Part shown: positions 49,429-60,185 of the stretch, one piece after another
How the letters are laid out: every line of letters starts with the position of its first letter
How positions within the stretch are numbered: the stretch's first letter is position 1
Assembly: GCA_963834385.1 (NCBI GenBank)
Contig: CAWIBO010000001.1
Location: 32,001 to 96,000, forward strand
From: an uncultured Verrucomicrobiae bacterium
Lineage (GTDB): Bacteria; Verrucomicrobiota; Verrucomicrobiia; Chthoniobacterales; UBA10450
Length of the DNA: 64,000 nt
Direction of reading: 5' to 3'
Notes under the pieces: generated by a model
The model's input: the letters and a program-made list of their open reading frames with translations, nothing else
What the model was told of the DNA's origin: nothing
Databases searched by the model: none
Position numbers and translations under genes: made by a program

Positions 49429-50064
49429 ATGGCGTCCCGCCGGAAATTTGTCCTCCTGGAAGACCATGTCGCACGGCTTCGGCAATGCCGTCGCTGTCCT
49501 CTTATGCGGCCCCCGCCGGTCTCCGGCGGTCCTGTTGTCAGCGAAATCATCCTGGTCGGGCAGGCGCCGGGCGTGCGCGAACCGGTGGTGGGCCGCCCTT
49601 TTGCCCATACGGCCGGGCGCACTCTTTTCCGTTGGTTTGAGGAATCGTGCGGACTCCCGGAAACCGTGGTGCGCGCTCGCATCTATTTCGCCGCGGTCTG
49701 CCGTTGTTTTCCCGGAAAGGCTGCGGCCGGAACTGACCGCGTCCCGAATCCCGCGGAGATCGCCAACTGCTCCGGTTGGCTGGATGAAGAAATCAGAATC
49801 CTCCGTCCCTCCCTCGTCCTCCCGGTGGGCCGGCTGGCCATTACCCAGTTCCTCCCGGCGGCCCCGCTGGCAGAACTGATTGGCCGCGGCTTCGCCGGGG
49901 AACGTGCCGGGCAAACCTTCGACGTAATTCCCCTGCCCCACCCCAGTGGGGCCTCGCCCTGGCACAAAATTCCCCCGGGGCGCGATCTCCTCGCCCGGGC
50001 GCTGCGGCGTCTGCGGCAGCATCCGGCCATGCGCGCGCTGCGAAAGGGGGAAGGCGCGGTCTAG
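49429..50064 (+). CDS. Uracil-DNA glycosylase superfamily protein
   Basis: CRRCP, VGQAPG, RPF, CFPG, LPHPSG. Confidence 0.88.
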   Translation: MASRRKFVLLEDHVARLRQCRRCPLMRPPPVSGGPVVSEIILVGQAPGVREPVVGRPFAHTAGRTLFRWFEESCGLPETVVRARIYFAAVCRCFPGKAAAGTDRVPNPAEIANCSGWLDEEIRILRPSLVLPVGRLAITQFLPAAPLAELIGRGFAGERAGQTFDVIPLPHPSGASPWHKIPPGRDLLARALRRLRQHPAMRALRKGEGAV

Positions 50065-50178
50065 GTTGTTCTGTCCCGGCTCGCGTGATCTTTTGATCGA
50101 GCACGTCCGGGAACGGAAAACAGGCGGCACGAGGCAGGTGAAACCGGCCGCCGTTGGAGCTACCGTCACGACCTGCCC

Positions 50179-51984
50179 ATGCAACCAGCACAAACGCCGA
50201 CCCGCGCCGAGATTCCCGAAAACGATCGCTGGGATCTCACCCACCTTTTTACCAGTGCCGACAAATGGAAGGAGGATGTGGCCTGGATCACCGCGAGTTA
50301 TCCGCGACTGGAGGAATGGCGCAACCGCGTCGGCGAATCGCCCGCTTCCCTGGCGGCTTTGCTTGAGTTCGAGAAGGCGCTCGATCTGAAAATCGAGCGG
50401 GTCTACCACTACGCCTCGCTCCAACTGGCCGAGGATAGCTCGAACAACGATTACCTCTCCCGGACCGGGCAACTGCAAAACCTCATGACGCGGATCGGCG
50501 AACTCGGCGCCTTTATCGGCCCGGAGATTCAGGCCATCGACGACGCGCGCTGGGAGGAATTCATGCAGGACCCGGCGCTGGCGGAGTGGCGCATGCGCCT
50601 GCACAAGATTCGCCGGATGCGTCCCCATGTCCTTTCCGAAAAGGAGGAGCGGCTCCTGGCACTGGGCGGAACGGCCCTGGAAGGATATGACGACGCCTTC
50701 TCGCAATTGACCGACGTCGACATGAAATTCGGCCGGCTGCCGGACGAGCGGGGCGAGGAACGGGAGCTGACACAAACATCCTTCAGCTCCTTCCTGGTCA
50801 AGCGCGACCGCGCGGTGCGGCAGCGGGCCTTTCATCAGTTCTACAAGGAGTTTCGCGACCACCAGTACACCCTCGCCACGGCGCTCTCTTATTCGGTGAA
50901 GGCCGACGTCTTCCGCGCCCGGGCCCGGCATTATCCCTCGGCGCTGCAGGCTTCGCTTTTCCGCGACGACATCCCGGTGGCGGTTTACGACAACCTGATC
51001 GGGAGCGTGCGGGCCAACCTCGCGCCGCTGTATCGCTATTACGAGCTGCGGCGGCGGGTTCTTGGCGTGGAGCAACTGCATCATTACGACACCTACGTGC
51101 CCCTGGTGGCGGAAATTGAGACCCGTTACAGCTTTGACGAGGCGGCGGAGGAAATCCTGGGTGCCCTGGCGCCGCTGGGCCGCGAGTATGTCGAGGTGCT
51201 CGGGGAAGGCCTGCGCGGCCGCTGGTGCGATCGCTACGAAAGCAAAAACAAGCGGAGCGGCGCCTTCTCCTCCGGCAGCTATGGCGCGCCGCCCTACATC
51301 CTCATGAATTACAAGGAGGATGTGTTCGCCGACATCTACACCCTGGCGCATGAAGCCGGCCATTCCATGCACACCTGGTTCTCCCAGAAGCACCAGCTTT
51401 TCCAGGACTACGACTACCCCATCTTCCTGGCGGAGGTGGCCTCCACCTTTAATGAGGAACTGCTGACGCATCACCTTCTCGAGGCAACCACCGATCCGAA
51501 GATGCGGGCCTACCTGCTCAACCGGCAGATCGACGATATCCGCAGCACGCTTTACCGGCAGACCATGTTTGCCGAGTTTGAGAAGGTCATCCATGCCCTC
51601 GAGGAGAGTGGAGAGGCCCTGACCCTTGAGGTCTTCCAGCGGGAATATCGGCGGCTCCTGGAAGCTTATTTTGGCCCGGACTTCGCGCTCGACCCGGAAC
51701 TGGAGCTGGAGTGCCTGCGCATCCCTCACTTCTACAGCGCCTTTTACGTCTACAAATATGCCACCGGCATTTCGGCGGCCATCGCCCTGGCCCAACGGGT
51801 CCTCGGCGGCGGCCCCGGCGAGACGGACCAATACCTCGGCTTCCTCAGATCAGGCGGCTCCCGCTTTCCGCTCGAGACCCTCGAGGCGGCGGGGGTGGAC
51901 ATGCGGACACCGGCCCCGGTGGAAAGTGCCCTGCGTCTCTTCGACCAGCGGGTCACGGAGCTGGAAGAGATCCTCCTGAAATAG
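50179..51984 (+). CDS. pepF: Oligoendopeptidase F
   Basis: WDL, KRSGAFS, TLAHEAGH, AEVAST, RQTMFAEFE, IPHFY..FYVYKYA. Confidence 0.95.
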   Translation: MQPAQTPTRAEIPENDRWDLTHLFTSADKWKEDVAWITASYPRLEEWRNRVGESPASLAALLEFEKALDLKIERVYHYASLQLAEDSSNNDYLSRTGQLQNLMTRIGELGAFIGPEIQAIDDARWEEFMQDPALAEWRMRLHKIRRMRPHVLSEKEERLLALGGTALEGYDDAFSQLTDVDMKFGRLPDERGEERELTQTSFSSFLVKRDRAVRQRAFHQFYKEFRDHQYTLATALSYSVKADVFRARARHYPSALQASLFRDDIPVAVYDNLIGSVRANLAPLYRYYELRRRVLGVEQLHHYDTYVPLVAEIETRYSFDEAAEEILGALAPLGREYVEVLGEGLRGRWCDRYESKNKRSGAFSSGSYGAPPYILMNYKEDVFADIYTLAHEAGHSMHTWFSQKHQLFQDYDYPIFLAEVASTFNEELLTHHLLEATTDPKMRAYLLNRQIDDIRSTLYRQTMFAEFEKVIHALEESGEALTLEVFQREYRRLLEAYFGPDFALDPELELECLRIPHFYSAFYVYKYATGISAAIALAQRVLGGGPGETDQYLGFLRSGGSRFPLETLEAAGVDMRTPAPVESALRLFDQRVTELEEILLK

Positions 51985-52040
51985 CCGGCAAACTCACCGG
52001 CCGGGCGGGCGGGCAAGGATTTTGCTAGCTCTGTGGAGCC

Positions 52041-52508
52041 ATGAGCTTCGAAAGGCAGATTCGCGCCGCCAGTGGCTACGCCGAACTGGGCATGAATCGG
52101 GAAGCTCGTGCCGAGCTCCGGTCGATCCCGGTCGCGCTGCAAAAACGCCCGGAAGTGCTGGCCCTCCGCCTCCATTTCCTGATGCAGCGAAAATCATGGG
52201 CCTCGGCCCTCCGCCTGAGCCACCAGCTTTGCCGGGTGGCTCCGCATTGCGGAACCGGTTTTCTGCACGCCGGGTTTTGCCTGCACCAGCTCGGAAAAAC
52301 CGCCGCGGCAAAGAATCTTCTGCTCAAGGGGCCTTCCTGCCTGCTCAAGGAACCGATCTATTATTACAACATGGGATGCTACGAGGCCCTTCTCGGCAAC
52401 ATCAAGGGAGCGCAGGAACACTTGAAGGTCAGCTTCAAGATGGACACCTCCTTCCGCGAGCTGGCCCGCAGAGATCCTGACCTCAAGGCTCTCCAGGAAT
52501 TGTTCTGA
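52041..52508 (+). CDS. TPR-containing protein
   Basis: GYAELGM…A..EL; YYNMGCY..LLG; A.RDPDL. Confidence 0.8.
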   Translation: MSFERQIRAASGYAELGMNREARAELRSIPVALQKRPEVLALRLHFLMQRKSWASALRLSHQLCRVAPHCGTGFLHAGFCLHQLGKTAAAKNLLLKGPSCLLKEPIYYYNMGCYEALLGNIKGAQEHLKVSFKMDTSFRELARRDPDLKALQELF

Positions 52509-52551
52509 GGCCGTAGTCTCCCCGGGCGCGGGATGCTACCGTGCCGGGCAC

Positions 52552-53697
52552 GTGGAAATCACACCGGCCATCAAGGATCGCCTGACGCAGCTCTTCGAGG
52601 AGAACTTTCGCGAACAGGGCGAGCTGGGAGCAGCGCTTTCCATCTGGTGGCACGGCCGGCCCGCGCTCGAACTTCATGGCGGGTTTCGCGACGCGCACCG
52701 TCGCGAACCCTGGACCCCCGACACCATCGTTTTGGTCTGGTCGGCCACAAAAGGACCCGGGGCGGCCTGCCTTCTGCACGCCTTGCAGGAGCACGACATT
52801 TCCCTGCAACGACGGGTGGCGGAGTTGTGGCCGGAGTTTGCCCAGGCGGGCAAGGAGGCCATCACCCTGGCGCAGCTTCTCTCCCACCAGGCCGGGCTCA
52901 GCGCCTTCGATCAAGCGGTCGAGGTCCAGGATTACGCCGCGGTGGTCGATGCGCTCGCCGGACAGGCTCCCGTCTGGCCGCCCGGCGAGGGGCACGGCTA
53001 CCACGCGCGCACCTTCGGTTTTCTTCTCGACGAACTCATTCGGCGCGTGACCGGGCTCGGGGCGGGAGAATACTGGCAACAGACATTTGCCCGGCCGCTC
53101 GCGCTCGATTTCTGGATCGGTTTACCCGCGGAGATGAACGCACGCGCCGCCACGATCTACGCGGCCCGCGCGGGCGCCACGGTTCCCTCGCCGCCGGAAT
53201 TTTATCGCGACCTCGCCACTCCCGGAACCCTTGTCCGACGCACCTTTACCTCCCCGCGCGGCCTTCATGCGGTCAGCGCCATGAACCAGCCGCAGAACCG
53301 TGCGCTGCCGCTCGTTTCCTTTGGTGGGATCGGCAGCGCGACCGCCCTGGGGAAATTCTACGCCATGCTGGCCAATGGCGGCGAACTCGACGGGCACCGC
53401 TTTTTCCGCCGGGAAACGATTGACCTCATGAGCACCACCCTCTCTTCGGGCCTGGACCGGGTTTTCGGGCTTTCCACCGCTTTCTCCGCCGGCTTCATGC
53501 AGAATCCCGACGCGCAAACAACGATCTTCGGTTCCTCGCCCCGGGCCTTTGGACATCCAGGAGCGGGTGGCAGCCACGCCTTTGCCGACCCGGAGAATAA
53601 TCTCGCCTTCGCCTACGTCATGAACCAGATGCAGCAGTCGCTCCTGCCGAACGAGAAGTCGCTTCGCCTGGTGCGGGCCCTTTACGGCGAGACCTGA
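52552..53697 (+). CDS. Serine hydrolase, beta-lactamase-related esterase
   Basis: WSATKG (SxxK), LLSHQAGL, GYH, FGHPGAGGS. Confidence 0.92.
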   Translation: MEITPAIKDRLTQLFEENFREQGELGAALSIWWHGRPALELHGGFRDAHRREPWTPDTIVLVWSATKGPGAACLLHALQEHDISLQRRVAELWPEFAQAGKEAITLAQLLSHQAGLSAFDQAVEVQDYAAVVDALAGQAPVWPPGEGHGYHARTFGFLLDELIRRVTGLGAGEYWQQTFARPLALDFWIGLPAEMNARAATIYAARAGATVPSPPEFYRDLATPGTLVRRTFTSPRGLHAVSAMNQPQNRALPLVSFGGIGSATALGKFYAMLANGGELDGHRFFRRETIDLMSTTLSSGLDRVFGLSTAFSAGFMQNPDAQTTIFGSSPRAFGHPGAGGSHAFADPENNLAFAYVMNQMQQSLLPNEKSLRLVRALYGET

Positions 53698-53709
53698 AAA
53701 GCACGCTCC

Positions 53710-54126
53710 CTACTCGCCCAGAACAGTCACCACCACCCGGCGCCGGTGGGGCGAGGCGCGATGCTCGAAGAGGAATATTCCCTGCCAGGTGCCCAGTTGC
53801 AGCTGTCCCTCGAGCACGGGGATCACCTCGCTCGAGCGGGTCAGCGCCATGCGAATATGCGCCGGCATGTCATCCGGCCCCTCGTCGTCGTGCTCGTAAT
53901 CCGCGGACTCGGGAACCAGACGATCGAAGAACCGCTCGAGGTCGCGCCGGGCGGCCGGGGCGGCGTTTTCCATGAGGAGGAGGCTGCAACTGGTATGACG
54001 AACAAACACGGTGGCCGTGCCGGTGCGCACACCGCTCGCCGCCACCGCTTCCGCCACGTCGCGGGTGAACTCGTACGTGCCCTTTCCCGAGGTTCGAACC
54101 TCAAAGGCGGCGCCATGAACTTTCAT
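53710..54126 (-). CDS. yjbQ: YjbQ/UPF0047 family protein
   Basis: HTSCSL..EN, HDDEGPDDMPAHI, LGTWQGI..EHR. Confidence 0.92.
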   Translation of the reverse strand: MKVHGAAFEVRTSGKGTYEFTRDVAEAVAASGVRTGTATVFVRHTSCSLLLMENAAPAARRDLERFFDRLVPESADYEHDDEGPDDMPAHIRMALTRSSEVIPVLEGQLQLGTWQGIFLFEHRASPHRRRVVVTVLGE

Positions 54127-54130
54127 AGCC

Positions 54131-54166
54131 AAAAGAAAGGGCCTTGCCCGTTGCCAGGCAAGGCCC
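54131..54166 (-). terminator. Intrinsic terminator after the lectin-domain gene
   Basis: GGGCCTTGCC/GGCAAGGCCC stem followed by TTTCTTTT on the minus strand. Confidence 0.7.
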
Positions 54167-54182
54167 CTTGCGCAGCCGTTCC

Positions 54183-56982
54183 TTATCGGGTGTTGTAAAC
54201 CTCCACCAGGCCGATGCCGGTCGTATCGTTGTGGCCGGAAAGAATCACCGTGTAGGCCCCCAGGGGCAGGGTGATCAGGATCGCGGACTCCGCGGAATTC
54301 CCCGGCGCCAGTCCGCTGGCGTCGATCGCCGCTTGCTGCGAATCGGCCCAGTCGTTGTTGGCTGCGATGACCATGCCGTTTCCATTAACGAGCGCGAGTT
54401 CCGGATCGGCCAGGGCCTCGGTGATGCCGGCCTGCTCAAGGGAGGGTCCCATGCCGCGCACCACGACCTCCGTTTCGCCGCCATTGTCGAGGATAAACCC
54501 GCCGATAACGACATTGTCGCCGGTTCCGACGTGGGCCCGCGTCGAGATGTTGGCGAGGGCGGCATCAGAGTCCGGGTCAATATCGTAGACTTCAACCAGG
54601 CCGGTGCCGGTTTCGCCGTTCGCGCCTCGCAGGATGGCCGTGTGACGGCCCAGGCCAAGGGTGGCGATAATCGCCGCTTCTGTCGCATTGTCGGGTTCCA
54701 GTCCGTGGTCTGACAGTTCCATCAGATCGGAAGGGTTATTGGACTGCCAGTTATCATTGGTCGCGAGGGAAACGCCGTTTTCATCCCGCAGATCAAGGAA
54801 CGGGTCCTCCAGCGTGTCCACGATGCCGGCGCTGGCCAGGGAAGGACCAATTCCGCGGATGACCAAACGCTTTGTGATCGGCGGCACGCTCCGGGTGGGC
54901 ATGCGGCTCGCGTGCAGGTCCTGGACGATGAATCCGGCGATCGCCACGCGGTCGCCGGTCTCGACAAAAGCGCGGGTGGAAATGTTTGCGGCCTGCGCTG
55001 GCACGACGCGGACCAGGGAGACATCAAACTTGGTTGTGTCGAAGGACCACTCGGCATTGATGCCCATGATGAAGTCGAGCCGGTCCCCCGCCCGCAAACT
55101 GAGGGATTGCACCGTGGAGAATCCGGCCCCGTTCGGCAGGCTGCCGCTCTCAGTCACCAATTCGCCGTTGAGCGTGATGGCCGCGGCAAAGCCGTCGCCG
55201 CCATTCGGATCGAGGTCCTGCCAGAAAGCCAGCAGATCGTAGGTGCCATCCTCGGGAACGGTGAAGCGCACCACCGGCGTCTCACCCGACGAGGTGGGCG
55301 CGATAAGGAGATCTGCGGGATTCAACGCGAGCAGCGGTCCAAAGCCGAGACTGAAGACAATGGGCGTGGTGTCGACGTTGGTCGCGACCGCGGTCTGGTC
55401 GCTCCAGCCTTCGAACGCCTCGTTATTGTTGCTGTTCGAGCCGGAGTTGATGTGGCTCTCCAGGCTGGTAAAGCCCGTGGACATTGGATGGAAGGTGCTG
55501 CCTAGAACGCCGGCCGTAGGACCACTGGGGCACCACCCCGTTCGGATTCTCGAGTTCCGTGCTGCCGGCGTCGGGCTCATCCGGCTTTTCGTTCGTGACC
55601 AGGTCGCGCCCGGCCACCCAGGTCGTCGCCCCCTCCGCCACCGGGGTGATCATGGCGTCGAAACGCGCGCTGTCGGCCAGGTTGGTCGAGTTTGTCCCGA
55701 GAAGGAAATCAACGGTTGCCCCGGCCTCGAGACTAACCACCGCGGCGTGGTGGGCGCCGTCCCGATTGGCAAAGCTGGCATCGAAAATACTGCTCCCGTT
55801 CACGACGATATGGGCGCTGGCGCCATCCCCCGCGTTCCAATCCGCATCCTGCCAGAACGCGCGCACAAAATAGGAGCCGGGGGCGGGTGCGGTCCATCGC
55901 ACCACCGAATAGCCGGCTTGGGGCGGATGAAACTGAATCTCGCCGGGATGGTAGGGTTGCACTCCGGAGATGGAGGTTCTGGCGGTATCCACATTGACCG
56001 CGACAATCGCGTCATCGGATCGGCGCCACCCTTCCAGCGCTTCCACCCCGGAAGCGTCGGTATGATCGCCGGCTGGGAAAAGATCGAGGCTCGTGCTAGC
56101 CACGTCGGTTCGGGTGCCATAACTCCACTCGGGCACTGTCGGATTCGGGTTCATCGCGCCCCGGGCATCGTCCGGCTTTTCGTTCGCCTTCAGGTCGCGG
56201 CCGGCCACCCAATTGATTCCCTCGCCCGCGCTCTGGAACGACCAGCTGGCGATGTCGTGATTCTCAAAAGCGGCGCCGGTCCCGGCAACAAATCCCACGT
56301 AGGCCCGCCCATTCTCAAAGCCAAGGACATTCAGATCAACCGCTACGGAAAGGACCTGGGTCTGGTCTACGGAGACGAAGAGCACTCCGTCTCGGTAATC
56401 GATCCGCACGGTGTGGAGATTGCCATCGGAAAAGTTCGGCAGATCCCCTTTCAGAGCCCCGCCGATGGAGAAGAATTCATCCGCGCTGTTCGCAGATTCG
56501 TCGCCGGTCGTATGCACGCTGACGTGATTATTGTCCGGATCGTCAAGTTCGGCATTGCTCCAGGTATCGAACTCGATTGCGATGCTCTTCACGAGACCCT
56601 CGTAGCCGATGTGGTCTTCAAGGGCGTCGCTTCCCTGGTTCTGGATGACGAAGGCGAAGCCGTCCCCTCCGTCTTCTCGTTGTAATTGTCATCGATTCCG
56701 CCCGGCGCCGTGACGCGAAAGGTAAAGGTCGTGGAAAATCCATCCGTCACCATCTGGCGCCCGGAAAACCAGGCGGAGCCGACCTGGCTCGTCCATGGCC
56801 GGAGTCAGACGAAGATCAGTGCTCTCCTGGGCGGCGCATCCGTTCAGGACAAGGCCGGAGGTGCTGCTGAAGTCCGTGAACTCAAAATCCGCCCGGGCGG
56901 ATTTTGGCAACGCCAGGAGAACAAGCGCGAGCGCGCCGAGACAGGATAACGCGGGGAAAAGCGGCCGTGATCGGAAAAGCAT
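54183..56982 (-). CDS. Large secreted protein: L-type (legume) lectin domain, two tandem unknown domains and a duplicated ANISTR domain; frameshifts at ~56790, ~56680 and ~55510
   Basis: Signal peptide; LRLTPA…GSAW…GFSTTFTF…DGFAFVIQN…SIAIEFDTW…NHVSV…AYVGF; two WVAGRDL..NEKPD repeats; ANISTRAF and LANISTRAH. Confidence 0.75.
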
Positions 56983-57077
56983 GCAGCGTTTTCTGGCATG
57001 GAACGAAATAAGTAAAGCACGAAAGAAACATATTTCCCGCAGCGTTGCCCGGCCGGTTTCACCGGCTATTCTTGACC

Positions 57078-57684
57078 ATGAACAAGCCGGCCCTGGTCGC
57101 GATTTTTCTTCGCGATTCTTTCGACGAGCCTGTTCGGCGCGGAACCGGATCAGGCGAAGATCGCCGACCTCTACCGGCGCGGCGTGGCCGGCGAAGCGGG
57201 CGCTGTCGCGGAATGCATCGCGGCCCTGGAGAAGATCGTGATTGCCACGCCGGACAATCACCTCGCCCGCGTTTACCTGGGGAGCGCCTACACTTTGCAA
57301 AGTCGCGACCTCGGCCTGGGCCCGGGCAAGCTGGCGGCGCTGCGAAAGGGCCTGCGCACGATGGAGCAGGCGGTCGAGGCGGCCCCGCGCGATGCCCGGG
57401 TCCGGTTTGTGCAGGCGATCACCCTGCAGGCGATGCCGGCGTTTTTGGGGCAACGGAAGAAAGCGCAGGGTGAAGTGCTCCGCCTGGCGGGACTGGTGGA
57501 GAAAACACCCGGTCTGCTGCCCGCGGAGGATCGGCAAACCGTTTTCCTTAACGCCGGTTACGCCGCGCAAAGTGCAGGAGACAGGAAGACCGCCGTGCGT
57601 TACTGGAAGTCGGGCCTTTCCCTGGCGGCCGATCCCCGGACCACCGCCGATCTCCGAAACGCCCTGGCCAAACATGGAAAATGA
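57078..57684 (+). CDS. Exported TPR-like protein; frameshift at ~57106
   Basis: Removing one T gives MNKPALVAIFFAILSTSLFGA signal peptide joined to ORF 57184-57684 (YLGSA..LQSRD, P..ARVRF). Confidence 0.65.
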
Positions 57685-58241
57685 CCTGCAGAAAGTCCTC
57701 TTCAACGAGGCAACCATCCTGCGCCGGCTCGATGAGCTGGCCGCGCAAATCTCGGCGGATTACAACGACCGGGAACTGACCGTGATCGCGGTCCTGAACG
57801 GCAGCCTGATCTTCATGGCCGACCTGCTCCGGCGGATTCCCCTGCCCCTCAAGCTCGATTGCCTGAGCGTGGCCAGTTATCACGGCGGGACCAAGTCCTC
57901 CGGGGAGGTGGTCTTTCGCCAGGTCGCCCTGCCCGACATCAAGGGCCGGCATATCCTTATCCTCGACGACATCCTGGACAGTGGCCTGACCCTCTCAGCC
58001 ATCCGGGAAAAACTGGAGACGGCCGGGCCGTTGAGCGTGAAAATCTGCGTCCTCTTGAAGAAAAACATCGAGCGCGCCATGCCGCTCGGAGGCGGACTAC
58101 TGCGGCTTCGAAATCGGCAATGAATTCGTTGTCGGTTACGGCCTGGACTACATGGAGCACTACCGCAACCTCCCGTTCATCGGGGTCCTGCGCCCCGAGG
58201 TGGTGGCGCAGCGACAGACCGCGCCTGGGACCGCGGCCTAG
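57674..58241 (+). CDS. hpt: Hypoxanthine phosphoribosyltransferase; frameshift at ~58088
   Basis: [24 protein letters not shown]; next frame [27 protein letters not shown]. Confidence 0.92.
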
Positions 58242-58723
58242 TCGCGGAAGTTCTGGAAGCCCGTGGCCACGCCGAAATCTTTTCCGCGAACGAACTGGAT
58301 GACTTCCTGGAGGTCATCACGCTTTTTTCCAGTCACCCGGATCTGACGATCCTGCAGGGCACTTTGCACCTTGAAGCCTTCGCCCTTGATCGCCTTGATG
58401 ATTTCCTTGGCCTTGTCCCCCTCGAGGCCTTGCTGGATCTTGAGTTCCTGGCGGGCATGGCCGATCGAGGAAATCGCCGCGTCCTCCTGGTTGATGTTGC
58501 GGAGGTCAACCCCGCGCTTGGAGAGCTTGCCAATGACGATCTCGCGCAAACCCCGCAGCCGGTTGGCGTCCTCCGCGGTCAGGACGATTTTGTCCTTCTC
58601 GAAGGTGACCTCGGCCTGGCTTCCCTTGAAATCAAAGCGGGTGGCGAGTTCCTTGCGCGCCTGGTTCAAGGCATTGTCGATCTCCTGCTTGTCCACTTCC
58701 GAAACGATGTCGAACGACGGCAT
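58238..58723 (-). CDS. yajQ: YajQ family nucleotide/c-di-GMP-binding protein
   Basis: [29 protein letters not shown]. Confidence 0.95.
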   Translation of the reverse strand: MPSFDIVSEVDKQEIDNALNQARKELATRFDFKGSQAEVTFEKDKIVLTAEDANRLRGLREIVIGKLSKRGVDLRNINQEDAAISSIGHARQELKIQQGLEGDKAKEIIKAIKGEGFKVQSALQDRQIRVTGKKRDDLQEVIQFVRGKDFGVATGFQNFRD

Positions 58724-58796
58724 GGGCAGAGTGTCGAATTGAGATTTGCCCTTGTCGATTGAATAGAATGGGCGGGCCTGGCTTTCCCGAGATTCC

Positions 58797-60185
58797 ATGA
58801 GGTTCATCTTGCATCACCGCCTGGTTCTTCTCCTCCTGGTGACGGCGCTTCTCCTTGGCACCGGTTGCGGGCGCCGGATTTCGACCGAGGAAAGGGAGCT
58901 TCGGCGCGAACTGCGCTCCGCCCTGCGCGAGCGGAATCATGAGAAAGCCGAGACGCTGGCCCGGGCGGTCCTGGTCCATGCTCCCGCTGACAACGGGGCG
59001 TGGGAACGACTGTTGCAGGCGCAGCTTGGACGCCGGGACCACGCCGCCGCGAAGGAATCCCTGCGGCAATGGCGGGAAGCGGTGCGCGAGACTTCCCCAA
59101 AGTGGGATGAATATTACGGGAACCTCGCCGCGGCCCTGAACGACCCCCGGCAGGCAGCCGACTCCTGGCGCAAGGTGCTTCGCGCACAACCGCGCAACCG
59201 GCGGGTCCTGGAAAAGCTGGCGCGATTGGAACAGCACGAACGGCATTGGCGCGAGGCCGAAGCCGTCTGGGGAGCGTTGCTGGCGCTGGAGGAACGGCCA
59301 CATGCCCTTGTGCAACGCGCCATTTGCCGCCGCCATCTTCACCGGTGGACCGAAGCGGCCGCCGACCTTCACCGTGCCCGGGAGCTGGCGCCGGACGATC
59401 CGCTCGTGCAGCGATGGTGGCAGCGTTCGGAGAAACTGACCCGAGTGCTTGGGGCGATTCGGGAACTCGACCGGCAGATCGCCGTCTCGCCGCGTGACGC
59501 CATCCTGCGGACCGAGCGCGCCCTCCTTCTCCTGCGGGCGGAGGAACCCGAACTGGCGCTCGAAGACACCGCGGCCGCCACGGAAGCGGCGCCGACTTCA
59601 ATGCGTCCAAAACTTTTGCACGCGCTGGCCTTGCGGGCCGCCGGACAGGAAAAGGAAGCCGCCGCCACCGGCGTGCGCACAACCTTGCACCTGGATTCGC
59701 TCACGCCCGATCTGCTGGAAACGTTCTCGCGCCTGGACGCGGAGATCGCGACCGAGGGAGCCAACCCCGAACTTTTCGTGACGCGCGCCTGGCACTTGAA
59801 CGAAATCGGGCAGCCGGAACTGGCGCTCTCAGATGCGGAAACCGCCGCGCGACTTGATCCGCGGCGCGCCGGGGCGTTTGCGGAACAAAGCTACGCCTTG
59901 AGCAAGCTGGCCCGGGGCGAGGAGGCGCTCCGGCAAATCAAGGCCGCGACCGAGCTCGATCCAAATTCCGGCACCGCCTGGCAATACCGGGGCGAATTGG
60001 AACTCCTTCATGGCAACCCTTCCGCCGCCGCCGATTCGCTCTCGCGCGCCTTCGCCATCACCCAGTCGCCGGTCGCCCTGCTCAGACGGGCGGACGCCTA
60101 CCGGCAGCTCGGGCAGAGCGACAAAGCCGCAACGGACCAGGAAACCCTGCGCCGACTGGAGGAGCGTCCCGTTAACCCGCGCTAG
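58797..60185 (+). CDS. TPR-repeat lipoprotein
   Basis: Lipobox LGTGC; multiple helical repeats (…ELAPDD, …RLDP, …ELDPNS). Confidence 0.8.
   Translation: MRFILHHRLVLLLLVTALLLGTGCGRRISTEERELRRELRSALRERNHEKAETLARAVLVHAPADNGAWERLLQAQLGRRDHAAAKESLRQWREAVRETSPKWDEYYGNLAAALNDPRQAADSWRKVLRAQPRNRRVLEKLARLEQHERHWREAEAVWGALLALEERPHALVQRAICRRHLHRWTEAAADLHRARELAPDDPLVQRWWQRSEKLTRVLGAIRELDRQIAVSPRDAILRTERALLLLRAEEPELALEDTAAATEAAPTSMRPKLLHALALRAAGQEKEAAATGVRTTLHLDSLTPDLLETFSRLDAEIATEGANPELFVTRAWHLNEIGQPELALSDAETAARLDPRRAGAFAEQSYALSKLARGEEALRQIKAATELDPNSGTAWQYRGELELLHGNPSAAADSLSRAFAITQSPVALLRRADAYRQLGQSDKAATDQETLRRLEERPVNPR

Noticed and set aside
48547..51831. 1094-aa minus-strand ORF and similar long antisense ORFs (e.g. 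12406-14229, 17386-19083, 27855-29633, 41449-43626)
   Set aside because: Shadow ORFs opposite well-supported genes, as expected at high GC; no recognisable motifs
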